From the IMG/VR virus record IMGVR_UViG_3300020044_005705, positions 1 to 29,944 of that record: DNA of 29,944 nt; one strand, written 5' to 3'. Numbering within the stretch: position 1 is the stretch's first letter; each line of letters opens with the position of its first letter. This stretch comes from a virus (Duplodnaviria; Caudoviricetes). Made by a program: the position numbers and the translations under genes. The notes under the pieces were generated by a model. It was not told the DNA's origin, made no database searches, and saw nothing but the letters and a program-made list of their open reading frames with translations. Shown here piece by piece: positions 1 to 7,893 of this stretch.

Positions 1-121
1 GAGAGCCACCCCATGACAGCCGAGGTGGTGGCCTGCTGCGAGCGAGCGCCGATGAGCGACTGCACTTTGATGAAGTTCTTCTTGGCTGCGACGGGGATCT
101 TGATGACGGACGGTTCCATGG
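1..121. repeat. Terminal direct repeat, left copy (circular assembly overlap)
   Basis: 1-121 is identical to 29824-29944 and lies almost entirely within a CDS, as expected for a k-mer overlap of a circular or permuted genome. Confidence 0.95.
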
Positions 122-143
122 TGTGCCTCCTTCTGGCCCCATG

Positions 144-172
144 AGCTTAGCCTCAGTGGTTAAGCCTGTCAA
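144..172 (-). promoter_or_regulatory. Sigma70-type early promoter
   Basis: Minus strand TTGACA (172-167), 17 bp spacer, TAAGCT (149-144), then SD AAGGAGG (132-126) and ATG at 119 (=29942). Confidence 0.8.
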
Positions 173-201
173 CCCCGAGTAGCAGAGAATCTGTGGGGCT
201 G

Positions 202-488
202 ACCTGCGAGAAGAGGGCTTGTCGAGAATGACGTGCTGATCAGGGGGGCTCTGTGAGGCGTGTAGGGCACCACTGATGATCACGTCATTCTCATCGCTCG
301 CTTGTGTGCAGTTCGCGCAGGTGAAGTGTCATTCTCGATGAGCGCGGCAGTTGAGAACGTGCATCTAGTCGTGCGCTTCAGGGAGTGCTGTCTCACCACT
401 GCGCGGCTCGCGCAGGGATGGGATATCCCATGGCTGCGCGCGCAGCGCGCTGACTGGCAGAGCATCACTCCTTCATGCGCGAAGCGCA
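202..488. repeat. Non-coding control region with nested inverted repeats (candidate origin or packaging region)
   Basis: Perfect 12 bp IR 224-235/281-292; 10/11 IR 202-212/312-322; third GTCATTCTC copy at 328-336; palindrome ATGGGATATCCCAT 418-431 flanked by CGCGCAG/CTGCGCG. Lies between the divergent arms. Confidence 0.55.
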
Positions 489-780
489 GAGAACCAGAGA
501 GAGAGAACACCACTCCCCCGTGCGAGAGTGGAAGCTCTGCCCTGCCATGCGCGAAGCGAAGCACAGGGAGGGGCAGCCGACCGGAGCGGGAGCGAGAGGG
601 AGGCAACCCGACAACGCTGGGCCTGCGCAGCATGGGCCAGCGAAACCAGAGTGAATGAGAGAGCGTCCCTCTCGCAGCACGCTACTATCAACACGATAGA
701 GACTTACTATTTCACCTGCACAGGGACTTACTACCGGATACTATTGGCCCACGCCGCGCCGCTAAGTGTAGAGGACGCCC

Positions 781-1221
781 ATGAACTGCCCCTTTTGCCT
801 TCACGACAAGTCCGCGACCATCCTCACCATCCCCGCCAACCGGCGGCAAGACGGGAAGATTTACCGGCGTCGCAAGTGTAAGGCGTGCGAGAAGGAGTTC
901 TCTACTCTCGAGCTTTATCTTCAAGATGCAAAAGACCTTCAAGCTGGTGAAGGTCAGGAACAGGATGACTCTCTGGCTTCTGGCCGTTCAACTGGACCTT
1001 TGATTGACATTGAAGATGAACTCGAGAAGATGTTGCAGCCGTCCATCGCGTCCATTCATGCCGTTCTTGCACCCGGAGGACCGGGCGTCCCGCGTCAGCG
1101 CGTAGAGACTGCGAAGTGGGTCATTCAAGACCGGCGCGATCAACGCAGAATGAAATCCGCGGAACAGGAAGACTCGAACGGTGAGCAGCTAAATAACCTT
1201 CTTCGGCTGGTGAATGAATGA
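781..1221 (+). CDS. NrdR-like Zn-ribbon protein, putative terminase small subunit or regulator
   Basis: CPFC...RRRKCKAC..EFSTLE matches the NrdR N-terminal Zn ribbon; no ATP-cone; helical C-terminus; SD GAGGA; two genes upstream of TerL. Confidence 0.6.
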   Translation: MNCPFCLHDKSATILTIPANRRQDGKIYRRRKCKACEKEFSTLELYLQDAKDLQAGEGQEQDDSLASGRSTGPLIDIEDELEKMLQPSIASIHAVLAPGGPGVPRQRVETAKWVIQDRRDQRRMKSAEQEDSNGEQLNNLLRLVNE

Positions 1222-1622
1222 GCCGTCCTCTTCCCGACCCAGCCTACAGACTTCAAGTGGCGGTTTTGAACCGCGAAGTCTACAAACTCGCAGACCGGGC
1301 AGGCGTCCTTGGTTCCGCAAGGAAATACCGCCCTGAATGGACGCTACAAGATGTTGAGCAAGAACTAATCGCCTATTTGCTTCACCTGACAAAAAACACC
1401 AAGTCAGGATGGGATCCAAAGAGAGGCGCTTTCTCGACTTGGGTGACGCTCGCAGCGACAGGATGGGTCTGCAAGCTGGGGCGCCGCAAGGGCGATCCAG
1501 CGAGCCCAGGATGCGCAGACGACGACGACGCCGACGACTGGACCGACACCGCAGGCACTCCCGAAGACCAGCTAGAGGCGAAACAGACAGCCCAGGAGGC
1601 CCTTCGTGGTCGCCCCCAGTAA
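1218..1622 (+). CDS. Sigma-70 family region 2-containing protein lacking region 4 (putative phage late sigma factor)
   Basis: QDVEQEL...WDPKRGAFSTWV resembles sigma region 2.2-2.3 (DL.QE...FDP.RG..FSTYA); acidic linker plus TPEDQL; ATGA overlap with the upstream gene. Confidence 0.7.
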   Translation: MSRPLPDPAYRLQVAVLNREVYKLADRAGVLGSARKYRPEWTLQDVEQELIAYLLHLTKNTKSGWDPKRGAFSTWVTLAATGWVCKLGRRKGDPASPGCADDDDADDWTDTAGTPEDQLEAKQTAQEALRGRPQ

Positions 1623-3174
1623 GCCTGTAAAGAAGCTCAATCCCCCGTCCGTCTGGAGCGGGGTTTCTATGCGCAGCTTTTCCAAGCTGCTGCAAATCGT
1701 GGATAAAGTCACTGGTGTCCTTATTCCGTTCAAGCCCTCGCCCGAGCAAGAGCAGATTTGGGCCGCGCTGGATCACTCGCCAGAGGCCAAGGTCATCGTC
1801 CGTAAAGCGCGGCAGATTGGCGCGTCTACAGCAGGCCGTGCCTACTTCTTGCGCGAGCTTCTTCGCACTCCCGTCCCGCATACCTACGTTTGCGTCGCTC
1901 ACGTTTCGGCGGTTTCAGCCGAGCTTCGTAAGTTGGACGCTATGTGGACAACACAACTTGGGAAGCTAAACCCACTTCTTGACCGTAAGCTCAAGAAGTC
2001 CAGCGTAGGTAGAACTGAGCTGAAAGACACGGGTGCAACCTCTATCAGCGCGACTGCGGGCCACACAGACGGCGTGCGAGGCATGGTCTTTCGCGGTGCC
2101 CATCTTTCCGAAATCGCGTACTACCAAGACCCGGTAGGGATGCTGATGGCCCTCGGTGGTCTGCGGGGTCGCGTTCTCATTGAGTCCACGCCGAACCGTC
2201 CTTTCGACAAGTTCCATGAGCTTTGCAGCAAGGCGAAGCCCTGGGATCCCAATGACCCGCCTGAGCCCGGCGAGTGGTGCATCGTTGACGTGTGGTGGCA
2301 CGCATCCCCCGCGCATCGCCTTCCCGTCCCCGCAGGCTGGGAACCTACACCTGAAGAGAAAGAGCTTGCAGAAGAACTGAACCTTGACCATGAGCAGCTA
2401 AACTGGCGTCGGGCGAAGATCGCGGAGTTCTCAGAGGCAGGCGAGCCGGGCAACTTCCGCTTCCGCGTGGACTACCCTGCAAAGCCGTCTGAGTGTTTCC
2501 TTGCTCGCTCTGGCTCTTGGTATGAGCCCGATGAGATTGGACAAGTCGCGGCAAAAGTGGCATCAAGTCCTGACCGTCTGTGCATCCTCGAGCATCCGAA
2601 GGAGTTTGAGGGGTACTGCATCGGCGTAGACATTGGTGGCGGCGTCCGCAACGACTACAGCACCATCGTCGTGTACTCTGTTACTCTGCAAACAGTCGTC
2701 GCTACTTTCAGGTCCAATCAAATCAAACCATTAGACTTCGCGCGAAAGATAGTCGAAGTAGCGACCAAGTACAATAACGCCTTTGTACTGGTAGAGTCCA
2801 ACTCTTTTGGTGGTCCTGTTATCGACCGAATGAAAGAGGTAGGATACCGCAACCTCTGGCATCGCGAGTACAAGTCCTGGGTCACCAGTGAGGGCACAAA
2901 ACAGGAAGCCCATGCCGCCCTTAGAGCGTTGATTGCCAACGGCTTGCTCGTGGCAACTTGTCAGTCAAGCTACATGGAATTGGCCGCTCTTTGCGTCCCG
3001 GCAGGCAAGAGGAACCCCGAAGCCCCCGCAGGGATGAACGATGACCTTGCCATGGCCCATGCCCTTGGCGCTGTAGCTCTAAGGGACGCTCCACCTTCTC
3101 ACCGCAAGGTCCACCTGACTCCGCACCAACGCACCGTCCGAGTCCGCGCTTTGCGTGGGTTACACTCTGACTGA
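1606..3174 (+). CDS. terL: Terminase large subunit
   Basis: Walker A KARQIGAST, Walker B AHLSE, coupling motif IESTPN, nuclease motifs IGVDIGGG..NDYS, VESNSFG and NDDLAMA; SD AGGAGG 6 nt before GTG. Confidence 0.95.
   Translation: MVAPSKPVKKLNPPSVWSGVSMRSFSKLLQIVDKVTGVLIPFKPSPEQEQIWAALDHSPEAKVIVRKARQIGASTAGRAYFLRELLRTPVPHTYVCVAHVSAVSAELRKLDAMWTTQLGKLNPLLDRKLKKSSVGRTELKDTGATSISATAGHTDGVRGMVFRGAHLSEIAYYQDPVGMLMALGGLRGRVLIESTPNRPFDKFHELCSKAKPWDPNDPPEPGEWCIVDVWWHASPAHRLPVPAGWEPTPEEKELAEELNLDHEQLNWRRAKIAEFSEAGEPGNFRFRVDYPAKPSECFLARSGSWYEPDEIGQVAAKVASSPDRLCILEHPKEFEGYCIGVDIGGGVRNDYSTIVVYSVTLQTVVATFRSNQIKPLDFARKIVEVATKYNNAFVLVESNSFGGPVIDRMKEVGYRNLWHREYKSWVTSEGTKQEAHAALRALIANGLLVATCQSSYMELAALCVPAGKRNPEAPAGMNDDLAMAHALGAVALRDAPPSHRKVHLTPHQRTVRVRALRGLHSD
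3158..3166 (+). promoter_or_regulatory. Putative late promoter (GGT-TACACT)
   Basis: Member of a recurring GGTTAYNST motif; 20 nt before the portal ATG. Confidence 0.5.
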
Positions 3175-3186
3175 GGAATTTTCCCC

Positions 3187-4779
3187 ATGCCCATGACCCC
3201 GCAAGTGTTCAAGCTCGTGTACGAAGCCCACCGGGAATACTGGTCGGGTCGTACTGATGAACTACAGAACGACCTAAACCTTTACAGGAATGGCGGCGAG
3301 GGTACGCCGGTTCCTGTTGCCTTCCAAATGGTCGAGTCCTTGGTCGGATCCCTGTTCCTTCGAGCACCGGCAGTCATCGGCACGCCCGGCGTCTATGGCG
3401 AGGGCAGCCCCGAGCTTGCCGCAGCCTGCGCGAATGAGATTCTGCGCAAGTCTGCTGCGAGTATCGAAAACGCTGTAAAGAGTTCCTTGGTGTTCCCAGG
3501 TGCCTACCTCGTTGTGGTGCCGGTCAAGGCCCGCAACCCGATGGACCGCGTTCGCGTGCTCCCCGCGCACACTTGGAGAGTCATTCGCGATGCCGACGCG
3601 CTGGACTGGGGCAGTTCTCGCTACGTCGGCTTGCTGACCGAGATCCCGCTTGACCAAGCCCTCTCTGACTACAGCCGCACTTCCGCGGGCGATTGGATGG
3701 CGCATCCGAAGACTGAGACGTGGGATTTGGCGAGTAATGGACTTTCTCCGGTGGATGAGAAGTACGTCACTGTAGTCGATGTATGGCTGCCTCTCGAGGG
3801 TAAGCAGGTCGTCTGGTCTCCTGACTTCGCGGGCGAAGGCTGGGTCTATGAGGGAGAAGAGATTCAGGTAGGTGGACGTGTAGAGGACCAAGAAGGACAG
3901 AATGACGCTGAAGTAGAGCGCATCGACGGGATGCTTTACTCATCTTCTGGCAGTCCGCTGATTCCAGTCATCCCTCTCAACTTCAACCCCGACCCGCTTG
4001 ACCCTCAAGCCTCCTTGTCGTTTATCGGTGTAAATCGTCCTCAGTTGCAGTCATTGAACGAAGTGTCTTCAGCTCAAGATATGATGGCGAAGAAAGCCCG
4101 CCGTCTTTACATGTGCAGCCCGGACACCCTAGATGAAGCGAGTAGGCTTGCGCTTGAAGGCGGCGAGGATTCAACGGTCATCACGCCGCAGACAATGGGT
4201 GACGTGCCGCTTTCGGAATCGCTTGTCCCGCTCCCGCTTCTGCCGGTCCCGGCCGATGTACCAAACTACAAGGCAGCCCTTCTTCAAGATCTTGAAAAGG
4301 CGTCGATGATGCCCGGCTTCACGCTGGGGCAGGCATCGAAGGCAACGGCAACCGAAATCTCGCAGCTTGCAGCCTACGCAGACACCAAGCTGGGCAAGAT
4401 GGCAAGCACCCTGGCTCAAGCCGTAGCGCAAGCCGCTGAGTGCGCTGTAGCTCTTCTCCGCGTCATGCTCGGGGATGACATTGAGGCAGTCTCTCTGCCC
4501 CGTCCTCTCGGCCCGAAGCTCTTGTCTGCAAAAGACTTGGAAGGGGACTACAGCTTTGTGGCCGTAGACGGCGCCAACACCCCGGCGTCCATCTACCAAC
4601 AGCGGCAAGACTTGGAGCGACTGGCCCCCCTTCTCTCGAGTCTCGGCGTTCCTCCCCGCGCCATTCTCTCGGCGATGGTACGAGGGTACAACCTTCCTGA
4701 AGAGTTCCTTGTAGTGCCAGAAGCCCCCATCACTCCTACTGCAAAAGACGAGGTGCCCCTTGATGCAGAAGTCCAGTAA
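3187..4779 (+). CDS. Portal protein
   Basis: 530 aa directly after TerL; contains the ATATEI motif typical of podovirus-type portals. Confidence 0.85.
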   Translation: MPMTPQVFKLVYEAHREYWSGRTDELQNDLNLYRNGGEGTPVPVAFQMVESLVGSLFLRAPAVIGTPGVYGEGSPELAAACANEILRKSAASIENAVKSSLVFPGAYLVVVPVKARNPMDRVRVLPAHTWRVIRDADALDWGSSRYVGLLTEIPLDQALSDYSRTSAGDWMAHPKTETWDLASNGLSPVDEKYVTVVDVWLPLEGKQVVWSPDFAGEGWVYEGEEIQVGGRVEDQEGQNDAEVERIDGMLYSSSGSPLIPVIPLNFNPDPLDPQASLSFIGVNRPQLQSLNEVSSAQDMMAKKARRLYMCSPDTLDEASRLALEGGEDSTVITPQTMGDVPLSESLVPLPLLPVPADVPNYKAALLQDLEKASMMPGFTLGQASKATATEISQLAAYADTKLGKMASTLAQAVAQAAECAVALLRVMLGDDIEAVSLPRPLGPKLLSAKDLEGDYSFVAVDGANTPASIYQQRQDLERLAPLLSSLGVPPRAILSAMVRGYNLPEEFLVVPEAPITPTAKDEVPLDAEVQ

Positions 4780-5266
4780 GAACATGCCCGACCCCACGCC
4801 GCCGCCCGACCTTCTCGAAGCCGCCGCGGAGGCTGACGCCGAAGTTGTGGATGACCTGTTGGAGAAGCTCGGCCCGGTCATGGACAGCATGGGCTCGGCT
4901 GAGCGCAAGGCCCTGGAGTCCGCTGCGCTTGCGCTGGCTTCTAAGATCGTCGGAGAGACAATCCCCGATGACCAGAAGCTACAGGCTTTCGCCGTGGCCC
5001 TGACTTCGATGAACGCTTTTCGGCAGTCTCTAGGTGAAACAGAGATTGACCCTGAAGTCATCAACCCAATGATGCTTACCTCAATGATTGAGGACTTGAT
5101 TCGGGATGAAGACTTCTTCGAGTTTATCGAGGGAGATGTAGATGTAGGTGAAGAGATGATGGATGAAGAGATGAAGGATGAAGATACGATGGAAGAGGAA
5201 GGTTCGATGGTCGAGCCCGCCAAGTCCCTCATGAACCGCCGCTCAACCCTGATGGGAGCCATGTAA
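4763..5266 (+). CDS. Acidic hypothetical protein in the head module
   Basis: Between portal and scaffold; D/E/M-rich C-terminus; start may be 4760, 4763 or 4784. Confidence 0.7.
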   Translation: MQKSSKNMPDPTPPPDLLEAAAEADAEVVDDLLEKLGPVMDSMGSAERKALESAALALASKIVGETIPDDQKLQAFAVALTSMNAFRQSLGETEIDPEVINPMMLTSMIEDLIRDEDFFEFIEGDVDVGEEMMDEEMKDEDTMEEEGSMVEPAKSLMNRRSTLMGAM

Positions 5267-5268
5267 AC

Positions 5269-6117
5269 ATGCTTCGCAACGGACCCGACATCCTCGCCCT
5301 CGCGGCAGATATGCCCGAACCCGCGACTTCCGAAGACACCACCACCGTTGAGGCTGTAGAGCCCGAAGTGGAGTCCGAGGAAGTAGGGTCCGAGCCTGAA
5401 GCCGCTCCCGCTCCTGAACCCGTCCCCGCGCCCGTGCCGAGCACTAAGCTCGGCTGGGCTGCATCCTTGAAGGCCCTGGAAGACGCTGGACAGGGTGAGC
5501 TTGCCGCCCATGCCAAGCGGATTCAGGCTGATGCCACGCGCAAGGCGCAGGAAGCCGCGCAAGCCCGGCAGGAAGCCGCAGCGATGTTGGCAGAGATTCG
5601 CGCATTGAAGGCGAGTCTCACCGCTCCGGCGCAGCCCGCAGAAGATGCTGCGACCATCGACCCGTGGGATGGCAACGCCCTGCGCGCGATGGCCCAGCGT
5701 GAGGCGAAAGCTCTTCTCGAGGCTGAGCTTGCTCCGATGCGCGCTGCGCGTGAAGCCGAAGCCAAGGCACAGGCTACTGCCCGCAAGGAAGCCGAGTTGG
5801 ACAACTGGATTGACGCTCATCCTGACTTCGCGGCGGATGAAAGTCTACAAGCCGAAGTCGCTGAGTTGATTCAGCAGACTCAGGCTAAGGGACGTTTCAT
5901 TCATCTTGATGATGCCTACACGGTCATCACGTCCCGACGTGTAGCTGCCGACGCTGCGCGCCTTCAGGCTGAAGCCAAGGCCCGTACCGAGGCCAAGGCC
6001 AAGGCAGTCGCAAAGACGCAGGCGGGAGCTAAGAGCACCGGTGTTGTCTCCGCACGCCGCAAGCCTGCCAGCGCCCTGTCCGCAGCAGAAATCATGGCGC
6101 TCGCGCGGCAGGGATAG
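5269..6117 (+). CDS. Capsid scaffolding protein
   Basis: Acidic Pro-rich N-terminus, Ala/Glu/Gln coiled coil, directly upstream of the capsid gene. Confidence 0.8.
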   Translation: MLRNGPDILALAADMPEPATSEDTTTVEAVEPEVESEEVGSEPEAAPAPEPVPAPVPSTKLGWAASLKALEDAGQGELAAHAKRIQADATRKAQEAAQARQEAAAMLAEIRALKASLTAPAQPAEDAATIDPWDGNALRAMAQREAKALLEAELAPMRAAREAEAKAQATARKEAELDNWIDAHPDFAADESLQAEVAELIQQTQAKGRFIHLDDAYTVITSRRVAADAARLQAEAKARTEAKAKAVAKTQAGAKSTGVVSARRKPASALSAAEIMALARQG

Positions 6118-6124
6118 TTGAGCT

Positions 6125-6133
6125 GGTTATCGT
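6125..6133 (+). promoter_or_regulatory. Putative late promoter (GGT-TATCGT)
   Basis: Intergenic copy of the motif at the start of the 130 nt gap before the capsid gene. Confidence 0.55.
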
Positions 6134-6247
6134 TGAAAGTAGCACGCCCCGGTTTCTCGGATCCCGTGTCAAGCATGGCCCTCCCGAGCCGGGAACCCGC
6201 CGAAGACAGTCAATCGCTCGTGTTCTTGACCCACTAGAGGTGCTCCC

Positions 6248-7336
6248 ATGCCTACGCCGATTTCGAGTATCGCCAACCGAGTCCTCCCCCTGCTCATCGC
6301 GCAGGCAGAGGACTCCACCTTTGCTGCCAACAACGTCCTTCGTGCTTTCGGGGCTGCCCCCAACAGCATCAAGGTCATCAAGGGCGGTGGCGAGTCCATC
6401 ATCCAGCCCGTGTCTCTCGGCTACCACTCCCAGGCCACCGAGATCCTGACCGGCGCGGATGCCTACGCTGACCTCGACACGACCGTTGGCCTGATTGAGA
6501 AGAAGGCCACCGCGGACTACGCGGAGTTCTTCCAGCCGATTCGGATTTCCGAGTCGGAGTTGAACGCCATGAGTTCCGAGGGTGCGGTTGACTTCCTTCA
6601 GGATCGCGTGACCAACGTGATTGAGGATATGGCCGACCGGATCAGCCTGAGCGTGCTCCAGGGCGCCGCTGCTCCCGCTGCGCGCCGGTTCTCCAGTCTC
6701 GAGAGCCTGAACGGCATCGGTAGCACGACCGGCTGGTTCCAGGGCGTCGCTCGCGCGTCGCAGACCAACACCGTGCTCGGCCTCTCGCAGACCGCCTTCC
6801 GCGACTTCGGCTGGTTCTCTCAGTTCGACACCGCGGGCGGCACCCTGACCGAGAACGACGTTCGTACAGTCATGACCGGCATCCGCGCGCAGAGCGGCAT
6901 GAACCCCGACGTGGCCCTTGTCTCGGAGGAGTTCTTCAACAAGCTGGCGAACTTGGTCGATTCCAAGATTCAGTACCTCAGCCTCGAGAAGCTGGGCTTT
7001 GGTACTCTTCAGCAGGAAGTTCCGGTCTACAACGGCTGCGCGATGTTTGTTGACGCCCGCATGGGCTTCGACGCGGACGCGGGCGGTGTCGGCACCGACT
7101 TCATCGACGCATACTTCCTCAGCTCGAAGTACCTGCGCGTGAACGTCGCGACCTACCAGGGTGGTGGTGTGGCCGCAGCGCGCAAGAAGCTCGGTGTGAA
7201 CAACGGTCCCGCTCTTCTCAGCGTGTCCGAGTTCGTGCGCGACCCCCGCGCCCCGGTCTACGTCGCCACCGTGAGCGCCAAGCTCCAGTTGACGACTTCC
7301 CGCCTCAACGCCCATGGCGTTCTCACCAACGCCTGA
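6248..7336 (+). CDS. Major capsid protein
   Basis: 362 aa after the scaffold; strong C-ending codon bias; GGESIIQPV and LGFGTL...YNG segments resemble P22-like podovirus coat proteins. Confidence 0.88.
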   Translation: MPTPISSIANRVLPLLIAQAEDSTFAANNVLRAFGAAPNSIKVIKGGGESIIQPVSLGYHSQATEILTGADAYADLDTTVGLIEKKATADYAEFFQPIRISESELNAMSSEGAVDFLQDRVTNVIEDMADRISLSVLQGAAAPAARRFSSLESLNGIGSTTGWFQGVARASQTNTVLGLSQTAFRDFGWFSQFDTAGGTLTENDVRTVMTGIRAQSGMNPDVALVSEEFFNKLANLVDSKIQYLSLEKLGFGTLQQEVPVYNGCAMFVDARMGFDADAGGVGTDFIDAYFLSSKYLRVNVATYQGGGVAAARKKLGVNNGPALLSVSEFVRDPRAPVYVATVSAKLQLTTSRLNAHGVLTNA

Positions 7337-7388
7337 TCTCCATAGGCGTGCGGACAGGTAACAATCACTAAAGATTGAGGTTTACGCC

Positions 7389-7832
7389 ATGAGCTTCTAC
7401 AACCTTCCCCTCACCGTCGCCAACGGCGGACCTTCCCCGACTTCCACCGAAGAGCGTACCTTCCTGTCCAGCGGTGCCATCACCGCAGGCCAGTGGGTCA
7501 ACTTTGACTACGCCAAGACTGGCGAAGACAAGGTTGTGTACGTGACCGTGCAGGACACTTCCGGTGGCGCCGTCGCCGCCGGTGTTCCCGTCATCGGTGT
7601 GGCGGTTAGCTCCACCACCGCGGCGAATCAGGAAGTGCGGGTCTGCATCGCGGGCTACTGCGCTGTCGCCGCCGTCGCGACTGGCTCCACGTCGGGCCTT
7701 GCGCTTGCGCTGGACACCACGACCTCTGGTCGGGCGACCATCGCTGACGCTGCCAACGTGAACGTCTGCGGCGTGGCCCTCGCCGATGCGGTCAGCAACG
7801 CCGCGCCGGTGCTGGTCTACCGTCAGGTCTGA
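7389..7832 (+). CDS. Capsid decoration/cement protein
   Basis: Small Gly/Ala/Thr-rich beta protein after the capsid gene, with AITAGQWV, IGVA and GVALADA motifs of DUF2190-like cement proteins. Confidence 0.65.
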   Translation: MSFYNLPLTVANGGPSPTSTEERTFLSSGAITAGQWVNFDYAKTGEDKVVYVTVQDTSGGAVAAGVPVIGVAVSSTTAANQEVRVCIAGYCAVAAVATGSTSGLALALDTTTSGRATIADAANVNVCGVALADAVSNAAPVLVYRQV

Positions 7833-7852
7833 GTCTCCCCCGACAAGGACTT

Positions 7853-7889
7853 AGGCCCCTTGTAGGTTATCGTAATCTACAGGGGGCCT
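7853..7889 (+). terminator. 17 bp hairpin between head and tail genes; overlaps a late motif (7865-7873) and the SD of the 7894 gene
   Basis: AGGCCCCTTGTAGGTTA-TCG-TAATCTACAGGGGGCCT with 2 G-U pairs; weak U-tail. Confidence 0.6.
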
Positions 7890-7893
7890 TCGC

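Noticed and set aside
1-121. Terminal repeat as a biological DTR
   Set aside because: It cuts through a CDS and its odd length fits an assembler k-mer overlap; reads would be needed to claim real ends.
280-942. Overlapping short ORFs in the control region
   Set aside because: Mostly non-ATG starts, Arg/Ser/Cys-rich composition, and overlap with repeats or the 781 gene; the region looks non-coding.
1606-1720. Frameshift joining the sigma2 protein to a sigma4-like segment (WSGVSMRSFSKLLQI)
   Set aside because: The segment is the usual TerL N-terminus (F...L.I.DK.G...PF...PEQ), no recognition helix follows, and TerL has its own SD.
2090-2125. TerL Walker B reads LSE rather than DE
   Set aside because: HLSE is a common variant in this terminase group and is not evidence of inactivation.
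4171-7315. Long antisense ORFs (549 aa at 4171-5820, 407 aa at 6092-7315)
   Set aside because: They shadow strongly codon-biased GC-rich head genes and show no domain motifs.
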